A DNA stretch of 64,000 bases from Thermoanaerobaculia bacterium (GCA_044226625.1 JBGAGQ010000007.1:64001-128000), one strand, 5' to 3'. Positions 39,596-49,049 are shown, counted from the stretch's first letter. The notes: a model not told the origin generated them from the sequence alone. Numbers and translations: made by a program.

Positions 39596-41608
39596 CTAAC
39601 GAGAGATTCCCGGTCCTTCGAGTAGGAAGAAGGAAGGCTCGGCGTTCTGCCCGGCGTCCGCCTCTCCCCGCAAGCTCATGGTGAGAAAGAGCGACAGGCA
39701 GCCGGCGCTGGTGTTTCGAATCAGCTGGCACTCCGAATCCGAAAAGCGATCGTTGGCGTCGAGCGAGCCCTCGCACCGGTCGGTGCGCACGTGGTCGCTG
39801 TAGCCCGGATCGGTATAGAAGGTGAGATCGATCGAGAGATTTCGATTGGTGCGGTTGAAATTTCCCGTCACGGTGAAATAGAGCGGATCGCCATCGTAGT
39901 CGTGTCCGCTTCCCCGGCCCGAGAAAGGTCCTCCCGTCAGGTTGATCGGAACGTCGACGAACAGCTGCGCGGGCCTTCCGGCGCAACCGAGCTGGCCCGC
40001 CGCCTTCTCGCAGTAGTTGTTGTATCGGAGGAATTTATAGCCGCTGTAGCGGGTCCACGGAGTGGAGCGCCGTACGACGCGATCGAACTTCTGGTCCTTC
40101 GTCGACTCGTAGATCTTGACGTCGGTTCCGGCCGCGTCGACCAGCACGACATGGTGAGCGTCCTTGTTGATGACGTCTCCGAAGCGAAGCTCTTCCTTCG
40201 TGATGCGCGTCGAGATCTGCCCGAGGGTGGCCGATCCCTTTTTCATCGACAGCTTCCACACCTGAGAAACGAAGCCGGAACAGTCGACGCCTTTGGAGCA
40301 GGCGACGTTGCCCTGCTTGTCCGTATTCACGTCTCCGGCTTGCTTGCCGTCGGCCATGAAGTCGTTGAACATCGCGACCGAATCCCAACCACCCCAGTCG
40401 TACGGCACCGAGGTATACGTCTTCGGACCGCCGAGATAACGCGGCTTCGTCCGCGTGGAGCAGGTGCCGTTGAGATTCTCCGCCGTCAAGCTCGTGGCGT
40501 TGTTGACGTACCCGTTCGCGATCGTTCGGATCTGCCCTGGAAAGACCTTGCATCGTCCGTCGTCGACGTTCCCTTCGAGCTCGGCGGATTCCGGGAGCTC
40601 GAACGACGAATCCGCCGTCTGCGAATCTTCGCGCGCGACGGTTTCGGAGTCGCCGAAAAGGACCTCGTGGATCTCCGCCCGGTCACGGTAGGCAAGAAGC
40701 AGGAGAACTCGATCGCGAAACGCGTCGATCGCGAAACGATTGGCGACGAAAACGTACGGATCGTCCGGCATTCCGCCCGATACCCCGTCGAGACGCCCAT
40801 CGGTCGTGAATCGATAGATCGACTCCCGTACTCGGATCACGCCGCCCGGCGTGGTCACCTCGACGGAGCGGGCATAGATGTGGCTTCCGGAGCTGCCGAG
40901 AAGCGTGAACGAAACGATCGCCGGCCCCGCTTCGATCTCGGTTCGCCGATCGCCGACCTGCAAAGTGAGGCTCCGGCTGCCGCTCTCCCTGCCGGCCTCT
41001 ATTCCCGCGGAGATTCGCGTGCCGTGATCGGACATCCCGGTTCGAGCGGCGCCATCGGCACCGGTCGGGCCGTCGCCCGAAAGCGCGAAGGTCGTCGCGC
41101 CTTCGTGCAGGCCGAGGCGGACGTTGTGGCCGTCCTCGATCATGAGATCGGGCAGTTCCTCCGCGAGCGGCTTGGCGACCGGGAAGCGACGCACGACCGA
41201 GCCATCGGCACCCAGCTGTAAGACCACCGGATGGGGCGCGACGGCGTCGAGCACGAACGTGCCCTCCGGAGTCTGCTTGACGTCGCTCATCCCCATCAGC
41301 TTGCCGCGCAAATCGGTGGCGCGGAGGAAGGAGCAATCGGCTCGCAATTCGATCAGCCGCGAGGCCGCGGCATCGGCGATTACCATCCCGCCTTCAGGTC
41401 CTACGCTGAGCGTCGAGGGTCCCCAGGCGAGCATTTCTTCGACATCTTCGTCCTGGTAGTGGACGCCCTTCTCGGCGTTGACGGGGAGGGTGCATTTTCT
41501 GACCGTATGCCCTGGCGAGGCGCCGGCTTGGGCCTGCCCAGAGAGCGACACGAAAAGGAACGTGAAAGCGGCGAGGTAAGCGATGGACGGTTTCCGTGGC
41601 ATGGACAT
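39596..41608 (-). CDS. Secreted protein with a beta-rich N-terminal region and an NlpC/P60-like domain
   Basis: Signal peptide; PYDWGG, GVDCSGFVSQVW, LRFGDVI, HHVVL; Cys-containing C-terminal extension. Confidence 0.75.
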   Translation of the reverse strand: MSMPRKPSIAYLAAFTFLFVSLSGQAQAGASPGHTVRKCTLPVNAEKGVHYQDEDVEEMLAWGPSTLSVGPEGGMVIADAAASRLIELRADCSFLRATDLRGKLMGMSDVKQTPEGTFVLDAVAPHPVVLQLGADGSVVRRFPVAKPLAEELPDLMIEDGHNVRLGLHEGATTFALSGDGPTGADGAARTGMSDHGTRISAGIEAGRESGSRSLTLQVGDRRTEIEAGPAIVSFTLLGSSGSHIYARSVEVTTPGGVIRVRESIYRFTTDGRLDGVSGGMPDDPYVFVANRFAIDAFRDRVLLLLAYRDRAEIHEVLFGDSETVAREDSQTADSSFELPESAELEGNVDDGRCKVFPGQIRTIANGYVNNATSLTAENLNGTCSTRTKPRYLGGPKTYTSVPYDWGGWDSVAMFNDFMADGKQAGDVNTDKQGNVACSKGVDCSGFVSQVWKLSMKKGSATLGQISTRITKEELRFGDVINKDAHHVVLVDAAGTDVKIYESTKDQKFDRVVRRSTPWTRYSGYKFLRYNNYCEKAAGQLGCAGRPAQLFVDVPINLTGGPFSGRGSGHDYDGDPLYFTVTGNFNRTNRNLSIDLTFYTDPGYSDHVRTDRCEGSLDANDRFSDSECQLIRNTSAGCLSLFLTMSLRGEADAGQNAEPSFFLLEGPGISR

Positions 41609-41737
41609 GTCCTCCTATTCTCGAGACGCGACGGTGTCAGGAGAATCGGTCCACGGACCCCGCTATCGACGACGGGTCCTCTGGGAAAAAGCCTTCGACG
41701 CCTGGAAGCGCCGCCCGGTCAGCTCGCGGTCGCCCCC

Positions 41738-42253
41738 TTACGCGTCCGGGGTATCCGAAACGAGCCTCTCGAAGTAAACCAGAGGCACCTTCCGATAGAC
41801 GACGCGCCCCATCTCGCGAAAGCCGCACTTCGCATAGAAGGCGCCGGCACCTGCTTCGGAGTCGTACGCGTCGAGCCGGATCGACTGCGCAGGGAACTCG
41901 CGGGCGACGGCGTCGGCCGCTTCGAGCAGCCGGCGCCCGATCCCGCTCCCCTGCAGGTCCGGGTGGACCGCCATGTCGATCAGATAAAGCGCGCGGCGCA
42001 CGGGGGTGAAATACGCCGGATCGATCGCCCAGGGCTTCTTCGTCACCAGGCGCAACGTTCCGACGATCCGATCCTGCTCGCGAGCGACGAGAACCCGGGC
42101 GTGCTGGAAACCGAAAAGCACGCCGCGTTCCGAGACCGCCGACGACCAGTGGCCTTTGCCGTGGTCGCGGGTCAAGCCCTCGGCGACCGCCGTGCGGAGG
42201 GCGGCGAGCTCCGGGGCATCGGATTCGGTGGCGGGGGCGATGAGGAGGGGCAT
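41738..42253 (-). CDS. GNAT family acetyltransferase
   Basis: MAVHPDLQGSGIGRRLL, AFYAKCGF. Confidence 0.9.
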   Translation of the reverse strand: MPLLIAPATESDAPELAALRTAVAEGLTRDHGKGHWSSAVSERGVLFGFQHARVLVAREQDRIVGTLRLVTKKPWAIDPAYFTPVRRALYLIDMAVHPDLQGSGIGRRLLEAADAVAREFPAQSIRLDAYDSEAGAGAFYAKCGFREMGRVVYRKVPLVYFERLVSDTPDA

Positions 42254-42286
42254 ACGTTCTGAGGCGCAGACCACGACACGATCCTT

Positions 42287-42721
42287 TTAGGGGCGGCGAA
42301 CCCGAGACCTCCCCTCCGGCCATACCTGATGGAAATGGCCGACATTGAGAGTCAGAAAGACTTCGACTTCGGCGACTTCGGCAGCCCGTGCGATCAGGCC
42401 GTCGTAGACCACTCCGCCGGCACAGCCAAGATCCGCCAGCCTTTGGATCGTGAATTTGAAGTCGTCCACCGTAAGCGCGATCGGCGTGAAGCTGGAAAGT
42501 ACGTTCTCCCGCAACAATCGCGCCGCCAAGTCTGGAGAGATGCGAGGTCTCGTCGGTATCCGGGTCAAGGTGGCAAACAACTCGGCCAGAGAGTGTGCCG
42601 CGACGAAACCTTCGATTTCTCCGGCGAGCGCACGATCGAGCCATGGAAACGCCGATTCATGAGACTCGTGGCTCTCGATGAGCGCCGCGACCAGGGGCGA
42701 GGTGTCGAAAAAAACTCTCAC
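42287..42721 (-). CDS. PIN-domain toxin (VapC-like)
   Basis: VFFDTS, LAELFATLT, YDGLIA, LTLNVGHF; GTGA overlap with the antitoxin gene. Confidence 0.9.
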   Translation of the reverse strand: MRVFFDTSPLVAALIESHESHESAFPWLDRALAGEIEGFVAAHSLAELFATLTRIPTRPRISPDLAARLLRENVLSSFTPIALTVDDFKFTIQRLADLGCAGGVVYDGLIARAAEVAEVEVFLTLNVGHFHQVWPEGRSRVRRP

Positions 42722-42981
42722 CGCCCCAATTTAGCCAGACTGCGAAGGCGTTCCTCTTGGACTTCATCCACCGTGCCTTCGATGTCGCCAGCTCGCTTGC
42801 CCGTGAAGACCAGCACGCGGCCTTTCCGCGACAAGGGACCCCCCTCTCGAAGAAGCGTCAGGCGAAAGCCCCCTTCGATCGGTTCCAATCCCAGCTCGTC
42901 GCCAGGCTCTAGGCCCACGTCGGACCGCAGGTCCTTCGGGATACGCACGCGCCCGGAGCGATCGATCGTCGTCTTGACCAT
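42718..42981 (-). CDS. AbrB/MazE/SpoVT family antitoxin
   Basis: TTIDRSGRVRIPKDLRSDVGLEPGDEL. Confidence 0.9.
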   Translation of the reverse strand: MVKTTIDRSGRVRIPKDLRSDVGLEPGDELGLEPIEGGFRLTLLREGGPLSRKGRVLVFTGKRAGDIEGTVDEVQEERLRSLAKLGR

Positions 42982-43254
42982 GTCGGTATTCTAGTCGCTG
43001 GCGAATGAAAGAATCGACTCAAGCCACACTGCGGCGCATCCGGTGGGCCGGTGGCTCTCGCGGTCTTCGGCTCGCGGGACGCTCGGCGGTAGAAATGCCC
43101 CTGTCAGCGGAACGCGCCCAGCCGCCGAAGGACCACGCCGCCTGGCTTAGGGCGCCCGACTTCGGCGACCTTCCCGCCGGAAGGCTCGATGCGATGCGAT
43201 CCGCAGCGCTTGCCTCCTAACCGCCGGAGGGCGAAGCATCTGCCGCGACCTCCA

Positions 43255-43690
43255 ATTGTGCGGCACTCCGCCCAATCCGCACAAACAGAAGACTCGAGAC
43301 CGGTCAAAACGACGCTGTGTTGTGCGGCACTAACGGATTACCGCACAACGCAGCGCCCAGGAACGGGTTCCGAGGAGCGAGAAAACCGAATTTGCGACAT
43401 TGGGCCGCACAAAATCGCGACGGCGCTGTACATCACGGATGGCCGGCAGCGGTGCAAAGCGCTCGAGAAGTGGTGTTTTGGCTCAGAAAATGGGTTTCGG
43501 GGCTCGCGTACGCACAGACGTCTTTCCGCGCCGCACATCGCGGAGCGGCTGAACCTCTCCGCGAGGCCGGTGTCGCACAGCACAGCGCTGCGTTCGCACA
43601 GCGCGGCTTCCCGAAAGCGGTTCGTTGACCGTCGGCGGCCGTCCAAGGAACCACCGCCGCACAGCCTTCCATCGGGTTTGTACATCGCGG
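43255..43690. repeat. Degenerate ~21-bp periodic tract (nnGYACA cores)
   Basis: Cores at 43277, 43341, 43405, 43426, 43510, 43531, 43573, 43594, 43657 and 43678; from 43405 on, all offsets are exact multiples of 21. Confidence 0.65.
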
Positions 43691-43699
43691 GGGCACGGA

Positions 43700-44474
43700 A
43701 TCTTCTCCGGAAGATCGAGAACGCTCGTCTCGCATAAGGCGGCCAGGTTCCGACGAAGTTCCCCCGGCGACGCGGCCCCGACGAACAGGACGGCCGAGTA
43801 CTCGTCCGCGTAGCGCCAGCCGTACTCGATCGCCAGCCGCGACTTGCCGACCCCGCCGAGGCCGTGGACGGCGTTCGCTTTCGCCGCGATGGCGGTCGCC
43901 TTGCCGCTCTTTCCCTCGGTGAGCTTTTGATGGAGGGTGGCGAGCACCTCCTCGCGCCCCTGGAAAAGATCGCCGAGGGAGGCGTAGCGGAGGTGGATCA
44001 CGCGCCCTTCTCGCAATCGCTCCGGAGGAAGATGGAAGAACTCAGCTAGCAGGCGCGGATACCGCTTTACCCTCAGGTCCAGCTCGTTGCCGCTCCAGAA
44101 GTGGCAGGTCGCTCCTCACCCCAAACGGCGCGGATCGCGGTGCGCGTGTCCGCCCGAACTCCGCGCGAGACGACGAAAACCAGCTCGTCGGGTTGGTCGC
44201 TAGGGGGGAGCGCCCGAAGCTTCGCGATCTCCGTCGTCGCGTCCGCCAGGGAAAACCGCCGCATCCGTTTGCACTGGAAGACCCAGCGACGCCCTCCCTT
44301 CGAGGCCACCACGTCGCGGCCCCCTTCGCTCCCCGCCTCGCCGAAGTGCTCGACCTCTTCGAATTTCTCCTCTTCGACGAGCCATATGCACAGCCGTTCG
44401 AACTGCCCCGGCTCGAGCTGATCGAACGACAGCGGATTGGCCGTGCGAGTCAAAACCGGTTTCGTCGTCGCCAT
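43700..44474 (-). pseudogene. Frameshifted, truncated Mrr-like nuclease-NB-ARC (STAND) gene
   Basis: FERLC...SEGGRDV...FQCKR nuclease domain. A frame change near 44110 continues as TCHFWSGNELDLRVKRYP...FQGRE...GLGGVGKS (Walker A); homology ends near 43700. Confidence 0.8.
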
Positions 44475-44583
44475 GGCGTGATTGAGCGTTGATTGTAGCG
44501 CGGCGAAGGAGCCGGGCTGACGGAGTGCGGCCCGGCGGTTCCGGAGAAAGCGTCACGGTATGAGGGACTTGCACGTTGTAGCG

Positions 44584-44747
44584 CCCCCACCTCGATCCTC
44601 CCCCGCGAGCGGGGGAGGAAGTTTGACGGAGGCTTTGGTGGCCCCTTGGACGAGGGTCACCAAGTCCTTAGAAGGTCCGCTCAGTCCCACTCGACCTCCC
44701 GCCGAAGGGTCCCTCCCCCCGCTTGCGGGGGGAGGCCAGGAGGGGGG
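44584..44747. repeat. Inverted pair of REP-like GC-rich palindromes
   Basis: cctcccccgcgagcgggggagg (~44597-44618) and cctccccccgcttgcggggggagg (~44712-44735), with flanks in opposite orientation. Confidence 0.65.
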
Positions 44748-44822
44748 ATTCGCCGTTCGCCCCAGCGCCTCCCCACGACCTGCAAGTCCGGGTATACTCC
44801 CCCTCCCTTTTCGAGGTTTTTG

Positions 44823-45182
44823 ATGCCTTCTCTCGAGACCGTCGAAGCCAGGCCATTGTCTGCCGCGAAACTGAACACCAGCCGTTTAGCGGACGCTCTG
44901 CACGATGCCGAGCGTTTCGGCCGCTTGGAGGCCGAGGCGTTCGATACCCAGCTGTCGGAGCTCGAACGCCGCGAACGCGACGCGTTGCTCGGTAAGAGCG
45001 CCCTGGCCTGCGAGCAGTTCCTCGGTCCCTCGCCCGAGGAGGGGCAGGTGGTCACCAATACCGAGGTCCTGCGTCTGCGCCGCGAGATCGACCGGCTCGC
45101 CGATTTCCACCGCTCGCTGCTCCACTCTCGGTCGTGGCGCCTGCTCCAGGCGCTCAAGCGCCCGCTCGGGAGAGCATGGTAG
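44823..45182 (+). CDS. Small coiled-coil protein of the glycosylation locus
   Basis: Coiled-coil composition, C-terminal LLHSRSWRLL motif; overlaps the next ORF. Confidence 0.6.
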   Translation: MPSLETVEARPLSAAKLNTSRLADALHDAERFGRLEAEAFDTQLSELERRERDALLGKSALACEQFLGPSPEEGQVVTNTEVLRLRREIDRLADFHRSLLHSRSWRLLQALKRPLGRAW

Positions 45183-45505
45183 GGCCGCGGGAGAACTTCA
45201 GCTCGATGACGGGCGACCCGGATCCCCTGGAGTCGGCCCTTCGGATCGCCCGCTTGGAGGCCCGCGTCGTGGCGCTCGAGGAGGCGCTGGTCCGGCGCTC
45301 CAACGAGCTCCGAGAGCTGCAGCGCATTCTCCCGAGCCGAGAGTTGCTCAATCTGTCGCGCCTGGCGGGCGGTCTGCCGCCGGTGCCCCGCGGGCGTTAC
45401 GATCTCGAGGTATGGCGCGAGACGACAGCCCTCACCCACGCCAACGTCCAAGAGACGCTGCTCGACCTCTGGCAGAGCGTGGCGCCGGCTCCCGCCCCTC
45501 GATGA
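45176..45505 (+). CDS. Small hypothetical protein (coiled coil)
   Basis: RIARLEARVVALEEAL; overlaps both neighbours (ATGA with the GT gene). Confidence 0.6.
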   Translation: MVGPRENFSSMTGDPDPLESALRIARLEARVVALEEALVRRSNELRELQRILPSRELLNLSRLAGGLPPVPRGRYDLEVWRETTALTHANVQETLLDLWQSVAPAPAPR

Positions 45506-47382
45506 CCGAGTCCCCTTCGAAATCCCCCTCGCGGCCGCGCAAGGCGACCCTGCTGGTCCTCGCCTGGAACCGCTGGGACCTCACGGAACGCTGCCTCGCC
45601 ACGCTGCTCCAGACCGACCTCGAGAACGCCGAGGTCCTGGTGGTCGACAACGGCTCGACCGACGAGACCCCCGAGCGGCTCGCCCAAATCACCGGCATCC
45701 GGGTGCTTCGGCTGGAGAAAAACCTCGGCTTCGTGCGGGGCAACAACGCCGGGCTGGAGCAGACGGATCCGGAGTCCGACGTCGTCCTGCTCAACAACGA
45801 CCTGATCTTCACCCAGCGCGATTGGCTGGCGCGCCTGCGCGCGGCCGCCGCCTCGGAACCGAAGATCGGCGTGGTCGGCGCCCGCCTCCGCCTGCCGGAC
45901 GGACGGCTGCTGCACGCCGGGACCTACATCCTCCCCGACACGGTCTGGGGGCAGCAGATCGGGGCGCTCGAGCAGGATCTCGGCCAGTACGGCCAGGAGG
46001 TGCGCGAGGTCGAAGGGATCGTCTTCGCCTGCGCCTTCATCAAGCGCGAGCTGATTCGGGAGATCGGCGGCCTCGCGCTCGATTTCGAGTCGTACTTCGA
46101 GGACACGGACTACTGCCTCCGCGCCAAGGGGGCGGGCTGGAAGACGGTCGTCTGCGGCGGCGTGACGCTGATCCACGACGAGCACGGCTCGACGCAGAAC
46201 GATCCCGAGGCGCTCGGGCGCCTGTTCCAGACCAGCCGAACGGCCTTCCGACAGAAATGGCACGCGGAGCTGTCCGGACGCTATCGCCGTCGCCTGCTCT
46301 GGCAATCGATCATGAACTTCCCCACCGGCTACGCGATGAGCTGCCGCGAGATCCTGCGCGCGCTCGACACGGAGGGTGTCGAGGTGGCCTACCGCTACGT
46401 CTACGGGCCGCGCACGGTCTTTCCGCCGGTGGAGCCCGAGGACAGCGAGGACTACCGGCTCAATGTGATCCGCTCGCGAAAAGTACCCTGGCGGCCGAAG
46501 GCCGCGGTGGTCTACGGCCAGGCCGACGTGTTCGGCAGCAACCGGGGGCGGATCAAAGTCGGCTACACGATGCTCGAGGTCGACGGCTTCCCGCGCGACT
46601 GGGTGCGCGCGGCGCAGAAGATGGCCGAGGTCTGGGTGCCGAGCGAGTTCAACCGGCAGGGATTCATCGATTCGGGTCTCACCCGACCGGTCGAGATCGT
46701 GCCGCTCGGGGTCGATACGAGCTACTTCCACCCCGGCCTCAAGACGTTCCCGAACCCATACGGCGAGTACGTCTTCTTTTCCGCTTTCGAATGGGGCGAG
46801 CGGAAAGAGCCGGGGCTGCTGCTCAAGGTGTTCAACGAGGAGTTCTCTTGCGACGAGCCGGTGCGGCTGGTCTGCAAGGTGATCAACCGCGACCCGGGGC
46901 TGAAGCTCAAAGAGGTGATAGGCGCCCTGCGCCTTCAGGATGCCGGCGGGAAGATCTCCTTCCTGTTCAACCAGGAGTTCCCGCATTACCAGCTGGGCTC
47001 CCTCTACCGCTCGATGGACTGCTTCGTGTCCGTCTCGCGCGGTGAGGGTTGGAACATGCCGCTCATGGAAGCGATGGCCTGCGGGCTCCCGGCGATCGCG
47101 ACCGACTGGGGGGCGCACCGCGAATTTCTCCACGAGGGGAACGGCTACCCGCTGCGCGTGCGGGGAACCATCCCGGCGATCGCCAAATGCCCCTATTACA
47201 CCGGCTTCCGCTGGGCCGACCCCGATCCGGAGCACCTGCGCCACCTGATGCGTTGGGTCTACGAAAATCGGGCCGAGGCGGCCGTGAAGGGACGCGAAGC
47301 GGCCCGCGAGGTCGCGAGCCGCTGGACCTGGCAACACACGGCGAAAAAGATCGTCGCGAGGTTGGAGGCTCTCGGGGCGTAG
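45502..47382 (+). CDS. Bifunctional GT2 + GT4 glycosyltransferase
   Basis: GT2: VDNGSTD, NLGFVRGNNAG, LLNND, YFEDTDYC. GT4: WVPSEF, VPLGVD, ERKE, RGEGWNMPLMEAMACG. Confidence 0.93.
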   Translation: MTESPSKSPSRPRKATLLVLAWNRWDLTERCLATLLQTDLENAEVLVVDNGSTDETPERLAQITGIRVLRLEKNLGFVRGNNAGLEQTDPESDVVLLNNDLIFTQRDWLARLRAAAASEPKIGVVGARLRLPDGRLLHAGTYILPDTVWGQQIGALEQDLGQYGQEVREVEGIVFACAFIKRELIREIGGLALDFESYFEDTDYCLRAKGAGWKTVVCGGVTLIHDEHGSTQNDPEALGRLFQTSRTAFRQKWHAELSGRYRRRLLWQSIMNFPTGYAMSCREILRALDTEGVEVAYRYVYGPRTVFPPVEPEDSEDYRLNVIRSRKVPWRPKAAVVYGQADVFGSNRGRIKVGYTMLEVDGFPRDWVRAAQKMAEVWVPSEFNRQGFIDSGLTRPVEIVPLGVDTSYFHPGLKTFPNPYGEYVFFSAFEWGERKEPGLLLKVFNEEFSCDEPVRLVCKVINRDPGLKLKEVIGALRLQDAGGKISFLFNQEFPHYQLGSLYRSMDCFVSVSRGEGWNMPLMEAMACGLPAIATDWGAHREFLHEGNGYPLRVRGTIPAIAKCPYYTGFRWADPDPEHLRHLMRWVYENRAEAAVKGREAAREVASRWTWQHTAKKIVARLEALGA

Positions 47383-47391
47383 AAAAGGGGT

Positions 47392-47732
47392 ATGGGGCGG
47401 GCCTTCAGCCCTTGGTCCCCCTCTCCTTCCTTCTGAACCTGGGGCGTTGCCCCAGGCTATTATGGGTCGCGCCTTTGGCGCTCCGTAAAGGGGCCGACCA
47501 GCCGTAGCAAGACGTCTTTGGCGCTCCGTAAATCGGAGAGTTTCCCGGGACCTCACCGCGTCGGTTTCAGATCCGGAGCCTCCCGGAATCTTGCCGAGTC
47601 GGCTTGAGCGTCGGTGTTTCCAAGGCCACTTCCGCATCAGTTTGAGCGCCGAAGGCGCGCCCGATAATAGCCTGGGGCGAAGCCCCAGGCTCCGAACCGC
47701 CAACCGAGGAAAGGGCTGTAAGCCCGCCCCAT
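47392..47732. repeat. ~340-bp element with ~90-bp terminal inverted repeats (REP/MITE-like)
   Basis: 47392-47482 (atggggcgggc...cctggggcgttgccccaggctattat...gcgcctttggcgct) is the near reverse complement of 47645-47732; internal duplication of ctttggcgctccgtaaa. Confidence 0.75.
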
Positions 47733-48886
47733 CAATCGATCGCCAGCCCCTTTCCGACCTGGTCGATCAGGTTCTCCAGGTTCTTCTTCGCCGCGTCATC
47801 CGGCGCGGTGGCGAGGGCCGCCTTGAAGTGGCGGATGGCCTCGTCTTTCTTGCCCGCGGCGGCGCTCGCTCGGCCGAGGCTCACCTCGGTCGGCCAGACG
47901 CCGGGGTAGCGCTTGCTGTTCGTCTGGAGCACCTTGATGCCGAGGGCGGTCTTCTTCGCCGCGAGCAGCTGCCGGCCGGCGACGTGGATTTGAAACGCCG
48001 TGGCCGCCGGGTGGTTGATCGCCTTGTCGAGCGTCTTTTCCGATTCCGCGGTCTTGCCGTTCGCCTCCTGGAGCGCCGCCAGGGTGGAGAGCGTCGTGAA
48101 GTTCTCCTGGCCGCCGAACGGGCCGTCGACTGCGGCCTGCGCCCACTGGAGCCCCTCCTCGAGGTTGATCTTGTGGGTCAGGCAGAAGTTGGCCGCCTGC
48201 TCCCAGTTCTCCCAGGCGAAGCCGGGCGAGTTCTGGAGTTGGCGGCGGATGTTCTCGACGTAGAGCTGATCGGAGTTCGGTACCTCGATCTTCCAGGGAA
48301 GGGCGAGGCTCTCCCATTCGAGCTCCACCGTCGCGGAGGCCGGCTGGCGATCGACGAACTCGTAGGTCAGGAACTCGCGATAGGCGCTCTCCTGCGGCTT
48401 GGCCGTCACCCGAAGCGCGTCTTCCCTGGCGTCGTAGAAGAAGCTTCCCCAGGCGGTCGAGTTGTTCGAGAAGATAATCGTCCACTCGTCTTTGCCCGGA
48501 ATGAAGTGCAGCCCGTAGGTCCCGGCGGCGAGCGGTTTACCCTGGATCAGCACGTCGTGATTGATCGAGAAGGTCGTGTTCTCGTTCGAGCCGCCGCGCC
48601 AGGGGCACTGGTCGCCGCACGAGCCGAAGCCCAGGTTCGTCATGCCGTAAGGAACCAGCTCGCCCCAGATCTTGCCTTTTCGGTCGGTGCCGTCCGGGGC
48701 GTGGACGTTCGGGCTGTTGTAGGTGATCTCGACGTTCACCAGGCCGATCTGCTGGCGCACCTCCGAGTGCTGGTTGTCGCCGCTGTTCGGCAGCGTGAGG
48801 CTCTGGGCCGAGGTCGAAGCGGGCGAGCCGGCGCTGGCAGCGAGCGCGAGCAGGATTGAGGCGGTGGTCGAAGCGAAGCGTTTCAT
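47732..48886 (-). CDS. Secreted DUF2911 + TPR protein
   Basis: Signal peptide, QQIGLVNVEITYNSP, IWGELVPYG, PWRGGSNENT, AGTYGLHFIP, WGSFFYD. Confidence 0.88.
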   Translation of the reverse strand: MKRFASTTASILLALAASAGSPASTSAQSLTLPNSGDNQHSEVRQQIGLVNVEITYNSPNVHAPDGTDRKGKIWGELVPYGMTNLGFGSCGDQCPWRGGSNENTTFSINHDVLIQGKPLAAGTYGLHFIPGKDEWTIIFSNNSTAWGSFFYDAREDALRVTAKPQESAYREFLTYEFVDRQPASATVELEWESLALPWKIEVPNSDQLYVENIRRQLQNSPGFAWENWEQAANFCLTHKINLEEGLQWAQAAVDGPFGGQENFTTLSTLAALQEANGKTAESEKTLDKAINHPAATAFQIHVAGRQLLAAKKTALGIKVLQTNSKRYPGVWPTEVSLGRASAAAGKKDEAIRHFKAALATAPDDAAKKNLENLIDQVGKGLAID

Positions 48887-49049
48887 CGATGGGTCCTCCC
48901 GAATCGGTAAGCGAATGTCCTCTCGGCTGTCTACAAGAGCTACGCATCGAGTGGTCGAAGGTTTGGCGATTTGGTCCCGTCGGGCGGCGTTCCGATCCCA
49001 GGGCCAGGATCCACGACTTCCCGCGCGACCTTCGATACGATCCCCCGCC

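Noticed and set aside
43255-43420. 64-bp-spaced hairpins as a mini-CRISPR
   Set aside because: Only short cores are shared and the loops differ; there is no 25-40-bp conserved repeat. Kept as a periodic tract instead.
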